A stretch of 64,000 bases of DNA, taken from assembly GCF_009914755.1 (NCBI RefSeq), contig NC_060926.1; one strand, written 5' to 3'. A program made the position numbers and the translations under genes. Of the stretch, positions 1-14,183 are shown piece after piece. The notes below the pieces were generated by a model, which was not told the origin of the DNA, searched no databases, and saw nothing but the letters and a program-made list of their open reading frames with translations. Origin of the DNA: the human T2T-CHM13v2.0 reference genome, Homo sapiens. The stretch's first letter is position 1; each line of letters begins with the position of its first letter.

Positions 1-135
<135 letters not shown>

Positions 136-602
136 TTAATATTGAATATAATCTTTACATTCCAAGGGCCTTTTTATTAGATTGTATTTCTCCAGCTTTT
201 TCTTTGTTTCTTAACATTTCCCTAGACTGAACATTGTGATTGATGGTGATAGTTGGCTCAGCATGAAGGGCTGAAAATGTTAGAGAAATTGTCAGTATTA
301 CTAAGTTGGCATTCCTGGTTTCTGCCTGTCCTCCCTTTAGGCTTGGTTTGTTGTCCACTTAAAATGTTTGGTGCTCTGACTGTTTGTTAGTATCACTCTC
401 AAGAATGAAGAGAAACCTCAACCTTTCTGTTTCCGGCCAACTTTATTGAATTTGTTTTTTTAAATGCAGTTTACATGCAGTTTCTTTGAAAAGTCATGTT
501 GAATTTAGATCTGTTCTCTGAGTAAGACTTGGCGAGTATGTGAAACTTGACTCAAGTTACATTTCTTTTTTTCTGTCCCCCAAACGTTCACGCTTCTTAT
601 AG

Positions 603-702
603 GCTCCACTTTGAGGCTCTGATGAACATTCCAGTGCTGGTGTTGGATGTCAATGATGATTTTTCTGAGGAAGTAACCAAACAAGAAGACCTCATGAGAG
701 AG
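603..702 (+). CDS. DGUOK: Deoxyguanosine kinase (mitochondrial), penultimate coding exon (100 nt)
   Basis: Acceptor cttcttatAG at 601-602, donor GAG|GTGGGA at 703; encodes [33 protein letters not shown], recognised as the dGK C-terminal region. Confidence 0.96.
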
Positions 703-1166
703 GTGGGAAGGACTTTAACTCCTGTTTTCTGGTGGTTTCCTTTGTTGTACTTTTATCTTTCTGGCCTTTGCTTCAAAGTTCAATATCATGGGTCTTGTGC
801 TTTGCATCTCACATTGCATTTCACACTCCAAGGCCTATGGAATCTTGTGCAGATTACAAATATCCCTATTCTCTAAAGTATGCTGGACTAATAATTGTTA
901 AATAATTGACTTGTAACATGTGCTTGCCAGCTGACTTTCTTCTCTAAGGCATCCTAAAACTAGGGAAATGAGACTACTGGATTCTATTCCCAGCTCTGCC
1001 ACTTGATGCTATATGACCCTGGGCTGCCCACATTTCTTCTCCATGCCTATTATTTTCCTTTCCTCACAAAAACCTCATGGGCTTGGCTGCATATGCATTG
1101 GGGGTGGACCATTGAAAATTCTGTTAAAAATGTGAAATTAAACTTCTGATTTTCTCCTTCCCACAG

Positions 1167-1193
1167 GTAAACACCTTTGTAAAGAATCTGTAA
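1167..1193 (+). CDS. DGUOK: DGUOK last coding exon, VNTFVKNL*
   Basis: Pyrimidine tract ttttctccttcccacAG (AG 1165-1166); phase-0 continuation GTA AAC ACC TTT GTA AAG AAT CTG TAA. Confidence 0.95.
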   Translation, partial: VNTFVKNL

Positions 1194-1383
1194 CCAATAC
1201 CATGATGTTCAGGCTGTGATCTGGGCTCCCTGACTTTCTGAAGCTAGAAAAATGTTGTGTCTCCCAACCACCTTTCCATCCCCAGCCCCTCTCATCCCTG
1301 GAGCACTCTGCCGCTCAAGAGCTGGTTTGTTAATTATTGTTAGACTTTGCCATTGTTTTCTTTTGTACCTGAAGCATTTTGAA

Positions 1384-1389
1384 AATAAA
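1384..1389 (+). terminator. DGUOK: DGUOK polyadenylation signal AATAAA
   Basis: AATAAA about 190 nt after the stop codon, followed by T/GT-rich sequence (cttgtttttct). Confidence 0.85.
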
Positions 1390-1483
1390 GTTTACTTAAG
1401 TTATGCTTGTTTTTCTAATTCAGTTGCTCATTTATTTCAGCATGTATCTCTTGGTGCTTGCTCTAAATTCACCTCTAGACTAG

Positions 1484-1845
1484 TGTATTAGTCCGTTTTC
1501 ACACTGCTATAAAGATACTACCTGAGGCTGGGTAATTTCTAAAGGAAAGAGGTTTAATCGATTCACAGTTTCGCATGGTGGGGGAGGCCTCAGGAAACTT
1601 ACAATCATGGCAGAGGGGAAACAGGCACATCTCACATGGTGGCAGGTGAATGAGCGAGTGCAAGAAAGAGCAGGGAAACCTGCCTTATAAAACCATTAGA
1701 TCTTTTGAGAGCTCACTGCCATGAGAACAGCATGGGGGAAACTGTCCCGGTGATACAGTCGCCTCCCACCAAGTCTCTCCCTTGACACCTGGGGATTACA
1801 ATTCAAGATGAGATTTGGCTGGGGACACAAAGCCTAACCATATCA
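1484..1845 (-). mobile_element. MaLR solo LTR (THE1/MST family) with 5-bp TSD ACTAG
   Basis: Minus strand starts TGATATGGTTAGGCTTTGTGTCCCCAGCCAAATCTCATCTTGAATTGTAATCCCC and ends ...CTAATACA; ACTAG at 1479-1483 and 1846-1850. Confidence 0.93.
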
Positions 1846-2354
1846 ACTAGCAATTTTCAAATTGCTCCCAGAACTCTAACCCAAGCCCTACCTGCCATGC
1901 ATGAAGAAGGGAAATAAAGTGGCTCAAGAGTGGGTGGGATCTTAAATGTGAGCCCCCCAGAGCAGGAAATGGAGCATGAACTCCAGGAAGCTTCTTTATC
2001 TCTTCCCATCTGCCACTCTTGACGTAGGGGACAGGTGTGGGGAACTTAAACCCTTGTCCTAGAGCTAAAGAACCTGGCCAAAAGAAAAAGGTAGAAAACA
2101 GCAAGAACCCAGAAGTTAAGCATCTGACATTTAAGATTGGCCAGCCCGGCACTCTATCTTTGTCTAAATACCTTACCCAATGACTTCCAGATAACGTTAA
2201 TGGAGTGGATCTCTCTGTGCAGGAAAAAAAAAAAAAAGAATTTTTTGTTGTGCTCTTTACCCTTCAAATAGAATTTATTGTTAAGGGAAGAAAAATACAT
2301 GGCTCTATAGGATTGAAGTGCTCCATTGCCAGAAGCCTGCAGGTCCATGATTCA

Positions 2355-2813
<459 letters not shown>

Positions 2814-2934
2814 GTAATGTTTTAATATAAAAGTATGGCAATTTCCTTATCCTACTTATTTAAAACATTTTAATAGCTTTATTGATACATAATTCACATA
2901 TTATACAATTCACTCATCTAAACTGTACGATTCA

Positions 2935-3546
<612 letters not shown>

Positions 3547-3848
3547 GTATACAATTCAATAGTTTGTAGTATAGTAGTCATGGGGCTGTATAACCAATAC
3601 CACAATTCCAGAACATTTTCATCACCCCAAAAAGAAAGCCCATACCCCATCTCCCCCAAGTTCCCCTGCTGCCAACTCCCAGCCCTAGGCAACAACCAGT
3701 CTACTTTTGTCTCTGTAGATTTGCCTATTCCTGTAATTTCATATGAATAGAATCATACTATGTTGTCTCCTGTAACTTTTTTTTTTAACTGAGCATAATG
3801 TTTTCAAAGTTCATCCAAGTGGTAACATGTATCAGTACTTCGTTCCTT
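3547..3848 (-). mobile_element. Old L1M 3'-end fragment
   Basis: ccagaacattttcatcacccc...ccctaggcaac...ctacttttgtctctgtagatttgcctatt...ttcatcca, typical of antisense L1MB/ME 3'UTR. Confidence 0.75.
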
Positions 3849-3860
3849 TCTTCCCCCACA

Positions 3861-4137
3861 ACAGTCTCACTGTGTTGCCCAGGCTGGAGTGCAGTGGTGC
3901 AGTCACAGCTCACTGCGGCCTTGAACTCCTGGGCTCAAGCCATCCTCCTACTTCAGCCTCCTGAGTAGTTGAGACTATAGGTGCACACCACCGCGCCCAC
4001 TAATTATTTTATTTTTAGTAGAGACTGTCTCACTATGTTGCCCAGGCTGGTCTCCAACTTCTGGTGTCAAGTGATTCTCCTGCCTCAGCCTTCCAAAGTG
4101 CTAGGATTACAGATGTAAGCCACTACACTCTTCACCT
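3861..4137 (-). mobile_element. Alu (AluJ-like)
   Basis: Antisense Alu consensus. Confidence 0.9.
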
Positions 4138-4209
4138 AGTTTTAAAGCCTGAAAGTCTACAAATTCAGCATCTCTATTGGTAAATATTGCCTTTTAGAAA
4201 GTAAACGTT

Positions 4210-4503
4210 GGCTGGGCACTGTGGCTCAAGCCTGTAATCCCAGCACCTAGGGAGGCCGAGGCGGGCGGATAACTTGAAGTCAGGAGTTCGAGACCAGCCT
4301 GGCCAACAAGGTGAAACCCCATCTCTACTAAAAATCAGAAATTAGCTGAGCATGGTAGTGCAGGCCTATAGTCCCAGCTACTCGGGAGGCTGAGGCAGAA
4401 GAATTGCTTGAACTGGGAGGCAGAGGCTGCAGTGAGCCGAGATTGCACCACTGCCCCCTAGCCTGGGTGACAGAGCGAGATTCTGTCTCAAAAAAAAAAA
4501 AAA
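4210..4503 (+). mobile_element. Alu (AluS-like)
   Basis: Dimeric Alu with A-tail. Confidence 0.95.
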
Positions 4504-5289
4504 GTAAATATCCTCTAGGATAGTGCGGGCCATCAACAGTGTAACCTAGGTGATATTTGTCATTTTCCAAATTTGTAGCCGAGATCATCTGTAGAGAGTA
4601 AACATATTAATGAGCAGCAGTAATTTTGAATCTTAAATTGTGGGGGAGGGACAAGTAGGTCTGGGTGGAGCCTGTAAGTGTGCAGATTAGGACCACAGGA
4701 AGGCAGGCTGAAACCTTGGGCACCGTGGGTTTTTAAAGTGGACGCTAGAGAGTGGAGGTCACACTAAAACGGTCCCTACTCTACACTCAGGCCAGTCTGG
4801 ATGGCTGTTATTCTTGGTTTAGGCCAACTCCCAGCGTCAAAAAATTTGGATTAACACATAAGAAATAGCTGCATTTCTTTCTGGCTTACGATGTGGTAAA
4901 ACCTGCTGTTCTGGAACCTGAATATTACCTTGATGGGTTTATAACAAGGATCAAGGTTGTGAAAGTTCTCAAACTCTCAGAAGGTGATAATTTCAAGTAA
5001 AAGAGATTGTTTGTTATATGCAAATACCAGAATCACAGAGGAAGTGATGCAACGAAATAACATGCACTTTAAAATTTTAATACTATTTAACCTTCTTCAG
5101 CCCTCACTTAAATAGCAGTTTACATTTTCTGAACCACTTTCTCCTTCATGGGTCTCTCCTGGCTCCCCTACATTTGATGCCTCCCCTTCTGCTTCCTGGG
5201 CTGCCATCTTTTTCTCTTTTCCTCGAAAGTGTTGGTGTCCCCAAGGTACCCTTGGCTCATTTCTGTCTTCGTCCACTCCCTCTGCATGA

Positions 5290-5625
5290 TCTTGGATTTG
5301 TTTTCTATCACTGCCATTATCAAATTACCACAAATGTAACAGCTTAAAGCAGCATACATTTATTATCTTACAGCTCTGGAGGTCAGAACTCTGACATGGG
5401 TCTCACTGGGACAAAATCAAGTTATCAACAGGGCTGCTTTTCTTTCTGGAGTTTCTAGAGGAGACTCCGTTTCTTTACCTTTTCTGTCTTCTAGAAGCTG
5501 CCCACATTCCTTGGCTTGTGGCCCCTTCATCTTCAAAGCCAGTAGTGTTGCATCTCTAACCACAGCCAGGAACCCTTCTCTGCTTTCAAGGACCCATGTG
5601 ATTACACTGGCCCCCTCTGGGAAAT
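5290..5625 (-). mobile_element. MLT1 (MaLR) LTR fragment, MLT1C/D-like
   Basis: aaattaccacaaa...tttattatcttacagctctggaggtcagaa...cttctagaagctgcccacattccttggcttgtggcccc...catcttcaaagccag, characteristic of antisense MLT1. Confidence 0.8.
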
Positions 5626-6204
5626 CTAAGCTGCGGGGTGGGAGGGAGGCTGCTATTCTGCTTTCCGCAGATCTCAAACACTATCATGGCTCCTACTATT
5701 CTCATGGGGTGAAGACTTCTTATGAACTTGGAAATTTTATGGAAAATGTGAATCATATGCAAGAGGGAATGGTATCAAGCACCCCTGTACCCCCATACCC
5801 ACATTCTAGCCCAATCAGCCTAAGATCACCAGAAACGAACCTTGAGTTTGAGAAGGTCAAATTGCAATGAGGAAGACCACATACCAGAGGAACTGTGGGG
5901 CATCTCACCAAACAGGAAAATATACCGTTACAGGATTTTAAGGAAAACTAGAGTTTTGGTAAAATTGAATGAAGCATTGTTTGGATAGGTGCAAAGCAAA
6001 GCAGGACTGTGTATAAAGGAGTCTGTTCTGAACTGTTCGGTGAACTCAGGTTTGTTTCCCTAGAAAGTACAAAGTTAAGACAAACATGGAATTTGTGTTC
6101 AGAAGCTCCTTACGTGAAACTCTGAACCTGGCTTGGAAACCAAGACAACTTCTCTGTGTCAAAGTGACTTAGAATCTTCTGGCCAAAAAAAAAAAAAAAA
6201 GGAA

Positions 6205-6281
6205 TTTTTACTGATAACATTTAACATTTCACACAGCAAAGTTTTTACTGATAACATTTAACATTTCACACAGCAAAGTTT
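6205..6281. repeat. Perfect 37-bp tandem duplication
   Basis: TTTTTACTGATAACATTTAACATTTCACACAGCAAAG at 6205-6241 and 6242-6278. Confidence 0.95.
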
Positions 6282-6490
6282 CTGATAGTTCATGATTTTA
6301 AAGAACAAGGTTTCTCTATGAGTCAGAAAGCAGTAGTCACACAAGGAAAGGGGTCATTATGACACTTTACGGCTACAACGTGCTCGTGGGAGAAATACTG
6401 TTTCATGGTAACTTTTGTGACTGGCTTTAGCTGTGTAATGTCCTCCCAGCCTGTTGAGTCGCAGGGCAGCTTTTTACCTTCTTAGCATGA

Positions 6491-6544
6491 GCCAACTTCG
6501 ACTTTCTCGCCAACTTCGACTTTCTCGCCAACTTCGACTTTCTC
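6491..6544. repeat. 18-bp minisatellite, 3 perfect copies
   Basis: (GCCAACTTCGACTTTCTC)3 followed by a degenerate partial copy. Confidence 0.95.
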
Positions 6545-7809
6545 ACCCACTTCGGTTATCTACTCAGAACCAATCTGGTTTCACCTACAGCCTACCCCCA
6601 CTCTCATTATTCTGAAGCAAATCCCAAACAGGAGGATGTCTTTTAAAGCTAGAGCTATATCAAACTATGGATTTCACAACCCGGATCCCTTATGCTCAAT
6701 GGGTACAAAACAGTTCTCCCCACCCGCATACCCACCACCAACCCTACCCCACCCCAGCCAGCAAAGCCATTTCCCCTGCTTCTCCATTCACCCCGTTGGC
6801 CACATTAAAAACCTTGGTGTTATCTTTGACCCCCCACTTACACTCATTCTCAACAAATTCTGCCTATTCATCTCTGAAATCTTTCAAATCTTCTCTGCAC
6901 CTGTTTCTGTCTCTCTAGTTGAAGGTGTAGTGGAAATTGTGGTTGACTCCCCAGCATTCATCCCACCTCTCCTCCTCTTCCATAGCAGTCATATGGTCCC
7001 CATTGTAGCAGTGGCCATGCCTAGGAATGGCAGGAATGGCCCCTCCCCTGCCCCCCAATTACTACTACCAGTAATCATTTCTTCCCCAAGCCACATCAAC
7101 TAAATGATGTATAAAAAAGAACAGTGGTTGCTAGGTCAGGTCACCTGCCCCACCCCTGCCACCAGAGAGCTGCCCCTCAGCCTCTCCTATGTGGAGGTAT
7201 GAGAGCTACCATGTTTTTATAACCCTATCTCCCATCACTCCTACCATAAACCCCACGAGACCACCCATAGCTTCAGATGTGTTTTCCCACATGACAAAAT
7301 GTTTCTCTCTCTCTCTTTCTCTCCCACCCCCCACCCACCACCCCAAGCTTTTACACTGGAAGAACTACTCACCCTGCCAGACCCAAGCCCACCATTCCTC
7401 TCTCTGTGGAGCCCTTCCCTCACCCCACACCATGTCCAGTCTTTGTGCCCTTGAGCACCCTGTTTATTAAACTTCTGTCAAACGTGTCATACCTGAATGA
7501 AAGTTGTCTGGAGACATCTCTTTGATGTCCTTGGCCTTGACCTTCTTGACATAGACCATGTCTTGGTCATTTAGTACAATGCCTGGCATTTATTTATTTA
7601 TTGCTGTTTCATGAGTGCCTAACATAGACTTTTAAATAAAGAAATTATTGACTGGAGACACGCTCCGCCCTTTCTCAGGTTCCTGGGTTATTTGTGAGCT
7701 CTATATTACGATCATCAATTGAGGAAGTCCCTTCTGTGTACTAAGCACTGAGAATATGCAAGAAATTTGGGGCCTGGACTCTACTCTTAAATTGTCAAAG
7801 GAGTTGATG

Positions 7810-8030
7810 ATTATCAGATGCCTACTGTGTGCCAGCTACCCTACTGAACACTTTCTAAATGTTATTCAACCCTCTCAATAATCCTGTGAAGGAGGTTTAA
7901 GGTGCCAGTTTTTACCAGTGAGGAAACTGAAGCTCAGAGTTCAGTAACTCAACGAGAGTCCCACAGTAACTGACAGCGCTGGGACTCACACCTAGGTCCA
8001 TCCTGACTCCAGAGCCTGTTCTCTGCATAA
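7810..8030 (-). mobile_element. MIR SINE fragment
   Basis: tgcctactgtgtgcc...tgaggaaactgaagctcagag...gggactcacacctaggtc...tgactccagagcc. Confidence 0.75.
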
Positions 8031-8434
8031 CACCAAACCATTACATAAGGGAGATAAGACTAGATTTTCAGAAAAGAAGGCAAGCAAGCATTTCCTTGGC
8101 TGCCTGTCTGGATTTACCAGCCAAATTTTGTAGCCTGGGCAGGAAAACCTAGTTTGCCAGCACTGCTAGGTGGAGGCCACCAGGTGCATCTTAGCTGTGC
8201 CTTTGGCCCCTGGGTCCCTGAACAGGTGGAGAGATGTTTCTGGGGGGCTAGATTTTCTCTTCTCAGCAACTGCACCTTCATAAAGTGCCCTTCAGGCACT
8301 AGCCATTAGAATGTATGTGGAAGCTTGGTGAAGGTTCTGGAGTGTCTTTACAGATGCCTTCTACTCCACTTCCCAGCTCACCCTTTATGTTGCTATCAGA
8401 TGATTTTCTTAAAACACCTTTATTTTTTTTAAAT

Positions 8435-8746
<312 letters not shown>

Positions 8747-8791
8747 TAAAAACCTTTAATCATGTTAATATTCTTCTTTAAAAATGTTGGT

Positions 8792-9083
<292 letters not shown>

Positions 9084-9089
9084 GTTGGT

Positions 9090-9335
9090 ATCCAAATGCA
9101 CAGTGGTATCCTGAATTGGATCCTGGAACAGATCAAGTTCGTTAGTGGAAAATACTAGTGAAATCCAAATCAAGTCTGGAGTTTAATTGATGTAACTTGT
9201 CAGTTTTCACAAGTGTACCATGTCATGTGAGATGTTAGCATTAGGGGAATCTGGATGAGGGATACACAGAAACTCTGTGTTGTCTTTGCAATTTTTCTGT
9301 AAATCTAAAATTATTCCAAAATAAAAATCATTAAA
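9090..9335 (+). mobile_element. L1MB-type 3' terminal fragment
   Basis: ggatcctggaacag...aaactctgtgttgtctttgcaatttttctgtaaatctaaaattattccaaaataaaa is the typical L1MB 3' end. Confidence 0.8.
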
Positions 9336-10124
9336 ACAATGTTGATACCTCTTAGAAGATGATGACCAGGCTCCTTAAGTGGGCTTTTGGAGCCCTCCAG
9401 CCTTATCTTTCCCCACCCCTGTGAAAGAATCCTCTGTTCTTGCTAAATGGTTTCACTTACTGTCCTCTTAACAATGTCTGTGCTCTCCTAGACTCCACTT
9501 TTGCCTTAGCCATGTACCCTGTTGGACTGATATGCCACTAGTCACAGTCCTTAATCGCAAACAGCAGGAAGTTACTGTGAACCTAAGGAAGCTTAGGTTT
9601 TAGGGTGCATCACTTGCAAGTCCCCAGGAGGGTCCACTATGGCTGTTATGAGAATGTGATTTCCCTGTCATTACTACTGCTGTCACAGAATACTCCTCAT
9701 GGACCCAAGACTCTGGTAGGTACATCTGACTTGCAGAACCTAGACCACATGCCCTTGACATGCCAAGTACGTGCAAGGGAGTCTGAGAAATACAGTATCT
9801 GACATCACATCTTCGTTGTGAGAGGTGGGGTCTATCCCCAACCAAGGTGAATAAGTCCTCAGACACAGGAAGGGGAATGATTTACTAGTTCTCCAAAAAG
9901 AATGGCAGATGTTTACTACAGGTGGGTTTTCTAGAACCAAATCTTCCATTAGGAACCACTGGGCTTAGGTAACATTTGTTACCTAAGCTGAAACTCCAGC
10001 TTGGTTTGGCCTGGAGACTCCATGGTACAAACTGTGTTCCTATATTTCATTCACTACACCAGAGTGAAGGGAACTTCATCTCCTGAGGACACTTGAATTA
10101 AAATCTTTCAAATGAAAAGGGCCC

Positions 10125-10432
<308 letters not shown>

Positions 10433-10577
10433 GGAAGGAAGGAAGGAAAGAAAAGGGCCCATGTGCATGTCTTTAAGATCAGCTATGCAAAAGGCAACAT
10501 AGGAAAGGTTATATCCTACTGTGAAGCTGGGAGTATTCCCCAAGGCAAGAAAGGTTTCTGGGAGAAGACCCTGTATT

Positions 10578-10668
10578 ATTCTCTTATCCAATACTAACCA
10601 GGCCCGACCCTGCTTAACTTCCAAGATCAGATGAGATCAGGTGCATTCAGGGTGGCATGACAGTAGAT
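10578..10668 (-). pseudogene. 5S rRNA retropseudogene, 3'-truncated and tailless
   Basis: Minus strand ATCTACTGTCATGCCACCCTGAATGCACCTGATCTCATCTGATCTTGGAAGTTAAGCAGGGTCGGGCCTGGTTAGTA-TTGGATAAGAG aligns to about nt 1-88 of 5S rRNA with CpG decay; TSD CCTGTATT at 10570-10577 and 10669-10676. Confidence 0.93.
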
Positions 10669-11261
10669 CCTGTATTCTCTATATCAGCAGTGACCCCATC
10701 ATCCTTCCAGCCACCCAGCTAGAAAACTAGGATCCTCTGACTCCTCTCTGTCACTCATCTCCAGCAGCCAGGCAAATGTCTGGTGCTACCAATTTCCCGC
10801 TAACATTTCTCAGATCTGCCTGCTCTCCTACCTCCACTCCTAACCCAGCCCTCCCACCCAGGCTCTCTGCCTCTTGCTATGGCCTTCCCAAATCCCTACT
10901 CCACAGAGGAGCCAGAGGGCCTTGAACGCCACCAGGTGCCTCCAGAATGTGCCTTTGGCCCCCCGGGGGCCCTGAGCAAGCACACATCCTTCCAAACCCT
11001 CCTCTGCTTGTGTTTACATTAAACTCATGGTTGCCCTACCCCCCCACACACACACACTCTCATTGCTTTTGCTCATGCTGTGCGCTCTCCCTGGAGTGCC
11101 CTTCACCTCTAAGCCCCTCGGCATCCCCAATTGCCATCTTCAGGAAGCTTCTGCTGACTCTACCCTGGCTGTGTCAGGCACCTCCCTTCGAGCTCCTGTC
11201 AAATGCCTTTTGCATTTATCTGTTTTTCTTACACATAGTATTAAAATCATCTCTCTCTGTC

Positions 11262-11563
11262 TTTTTTTTTTTTTTTTTTGAGACGGCATCTCACTCATCG
11301 CCCAGGCTGGAGTGGTGAAGTGGTGTGATCTCGGCTTAGTACAACCTCCACCCCCTGGGTTCAAGTGATTCTTCTGCCTTAGCTTCCAGAGTAGCTGGGA
11401 TTACAGGTGCCCGCCACCATGCCCGGCTAATTTTTGTATTTTTAGTAGAGATGGGGTTTTGCCATGTTGGCCAGGCTGGTCTCAAACTCCTGACCTCAGG
11501 TGATCCACTCGCCTCAGCCTCCCAAAGTGCTAGGATTACAGGTGTGAGCCACCATGCCTGGTC
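11262..11563 (-). mobile_element. Alu (AluS-like) with TSD TAAAATCATCTCT
   Basis: Antisense Alu; flanking direct repeats. Confidence 0.95.
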
Positions 11564-12098
11564 TAAAATCATCTCTTTGTCTCTTTATTAGAGCATGGCT
11601 TATGTCTTATCCCACTTTGTATCTCCAGTGCCTGGCACATGGGAGTGGGTAATTCAATAGATACTGGACAAATGGAAAGCAGGAAGAAAGAAGAAAAAGG
11701 GACGCAGGCTGAGCCTGAGAAAGACCCCTTGCACTAAGCAATGAAACACCTCCCACACCCTTACCCCTCCATGCTGCGAGCAACATACTTGCTAACATAC
11801 TTAGCTACGTACTCGCTAAGACCCAGGCCAGCTGCAGGTGGGCTCTGAGCAGCCTCTCTGACTCTGGACTAGATTACGTGACTGTAAGATCCTTAGAACG
11901 GATGGTAGAAATAGATGATGATGATGAGCCCTTTGATTCTGCCCTCAGAGCCACCCCCTCCCCCATGATCCTGGAGGCCACTTTGAATCATGAAGTGCCT
12001 CATAAAGAGAGAATTGCAAAAGACAGAAGAAGCCTCAGGCCCTGACTTCACAGAACTGCAACTTTAGCCCTGGACTCTCTCCTCAGACTTCTACATGA

Positions 12099-12299
<201 letters not shown>

Positions 12300-12689
12300 T
12301 GAAGCCACTGTTTAGGATTTTATCATTGTATACAATTGTGCTAATATATCCTGTGGCTCTGAGCTTGTTGCAACATTCTCTCTTGCCTAATTTGGGGCCC
12401 TGCTTGCAGTGCAGGTGTGTGCCCCATGGCTTACGACTGGGGACCCCGGACAAACGTTACCTGGTACTGGACAGCCTCTGCAGTGATAGATAGTTCCCTG
12501 GCCACCAGCGCTGGCACATGGGAGGAATCAGAGAAGGGGATTGGGAGAAACTGTATCACCCTGGGCAAGTCACTGAACATCTCTATATTTTAGGTCCCTT
12601 GCTTTGAAAGCAAGGAAGACCATCTTTAAGGTCCTGACAGTCTCCTGCTTAAAATATCCACCTTATGAATGAATAAGCAGCATGGAGTA

Positions 12690-12850
12690 CATGGAGGACT
12701 TGGGTTTAGACATCACACAAATCTGGTTCCAAATCCTGGCTGGGCCACTCACCAGCAGCGCAACTTGGACAACTTGCCTCTCTGAGCTTCTGTTTTCCTT
12801 AAATCTGAAAATGAAACTAATTTTGCAACTATTTTTCAAGTGGTACCAAG
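12690..12850 (+). mobile_element. MIR fragment
   Basis: ggttccaaatcctggc...actcaccagc...aacttggacaac...ctctctgagcttctgttttccttaaatctgaaaatg. Confidence 0.7.
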
Positions 12851-13706
12851 AATTAGAAATATTGTAGACAAACTTCTGGGCAGAGTAGCCACTCAGTAAA
12901 TGGAACTGGTAGGTGCATGTGAGTGGAGAGAAAGAAAGAGCTGGTGAGTGCTTCACAAAGTACAGCTGAGCTGAGCCTTGAAGGGTGAGGTGAGGACCAT
13001 TCGGGCAGGTAGGGTGGGAAGGACGGTCCAAGCAGGGGAGCAGCATGGGCAAAGGAAGGAACACACAGGATGTGATGGTGAAGGGTGGGGTGCGTCGAGG
13101 TCCTTGTGGGATCAGACCTCATGCCCCTAAGCGTGATACCACTGTGGACCAAAATGAGTGCTGCTTCCAGCTAAGGAGCTTCCTGGATTACATGGCATTC
13201 TAGCTGGGCATTAAGTGAAGTAGGATTTTTAGAGCAAGACTGGGTTGAGGGTGATTTGGAGTAAACACCATAAGCAAAGGCAGGGAGCTAAGAAAAGAGC
13301 CTGTGAGGGGGTGGGGTTGGGCAGGGAGACCGCAAGGCTAGAGTAGAGGGCAATAGCAGGCAAGAAATGCTCAAATGTTTTAAATAGAGTGCTTGGCAAA
13401 GACAAGCCAGGCCAGCCAAGCCTCCATTGCTCACACTGTTGTCTTATCTGTTTCTTTCAGCATTTCTACGTAGGCTGTATCTTTGAGGCCAGAGCCCAAA
13501 TGCCCGGGTCTGGAAGGAGTCTCTGAGGTCCCTTGGGAGACCCAGCAAAGGGGACCGGTGTGGGACTTCTGCTCAGAAGGTGGAGGGCTGGGAGAGCAGG
13601 CAGGCATTCACTCTGCTTCCTTCCTGCCTGGTGGCTGGCTGCATGCCCTGAACTTGACCTCAGATGACCTGCGTGTTCCCTTCAGTTTCAGTGCCAGCAG
13701 CAGTGA

Positions 13707-14183
<477 letters not shown>

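Noticed and set aside
5810-6490. Possible old LTR/ERV-derived segment
   Set aside because: Looks repeat-like, but I cannot assign a family or termini without a repeat-library search
6491-6544. Short direct repeats as a possible CRISPR-like array
   Set aside because: No spacers, head-to-tail repeats, mammalian DNA; ordinary minisatellite
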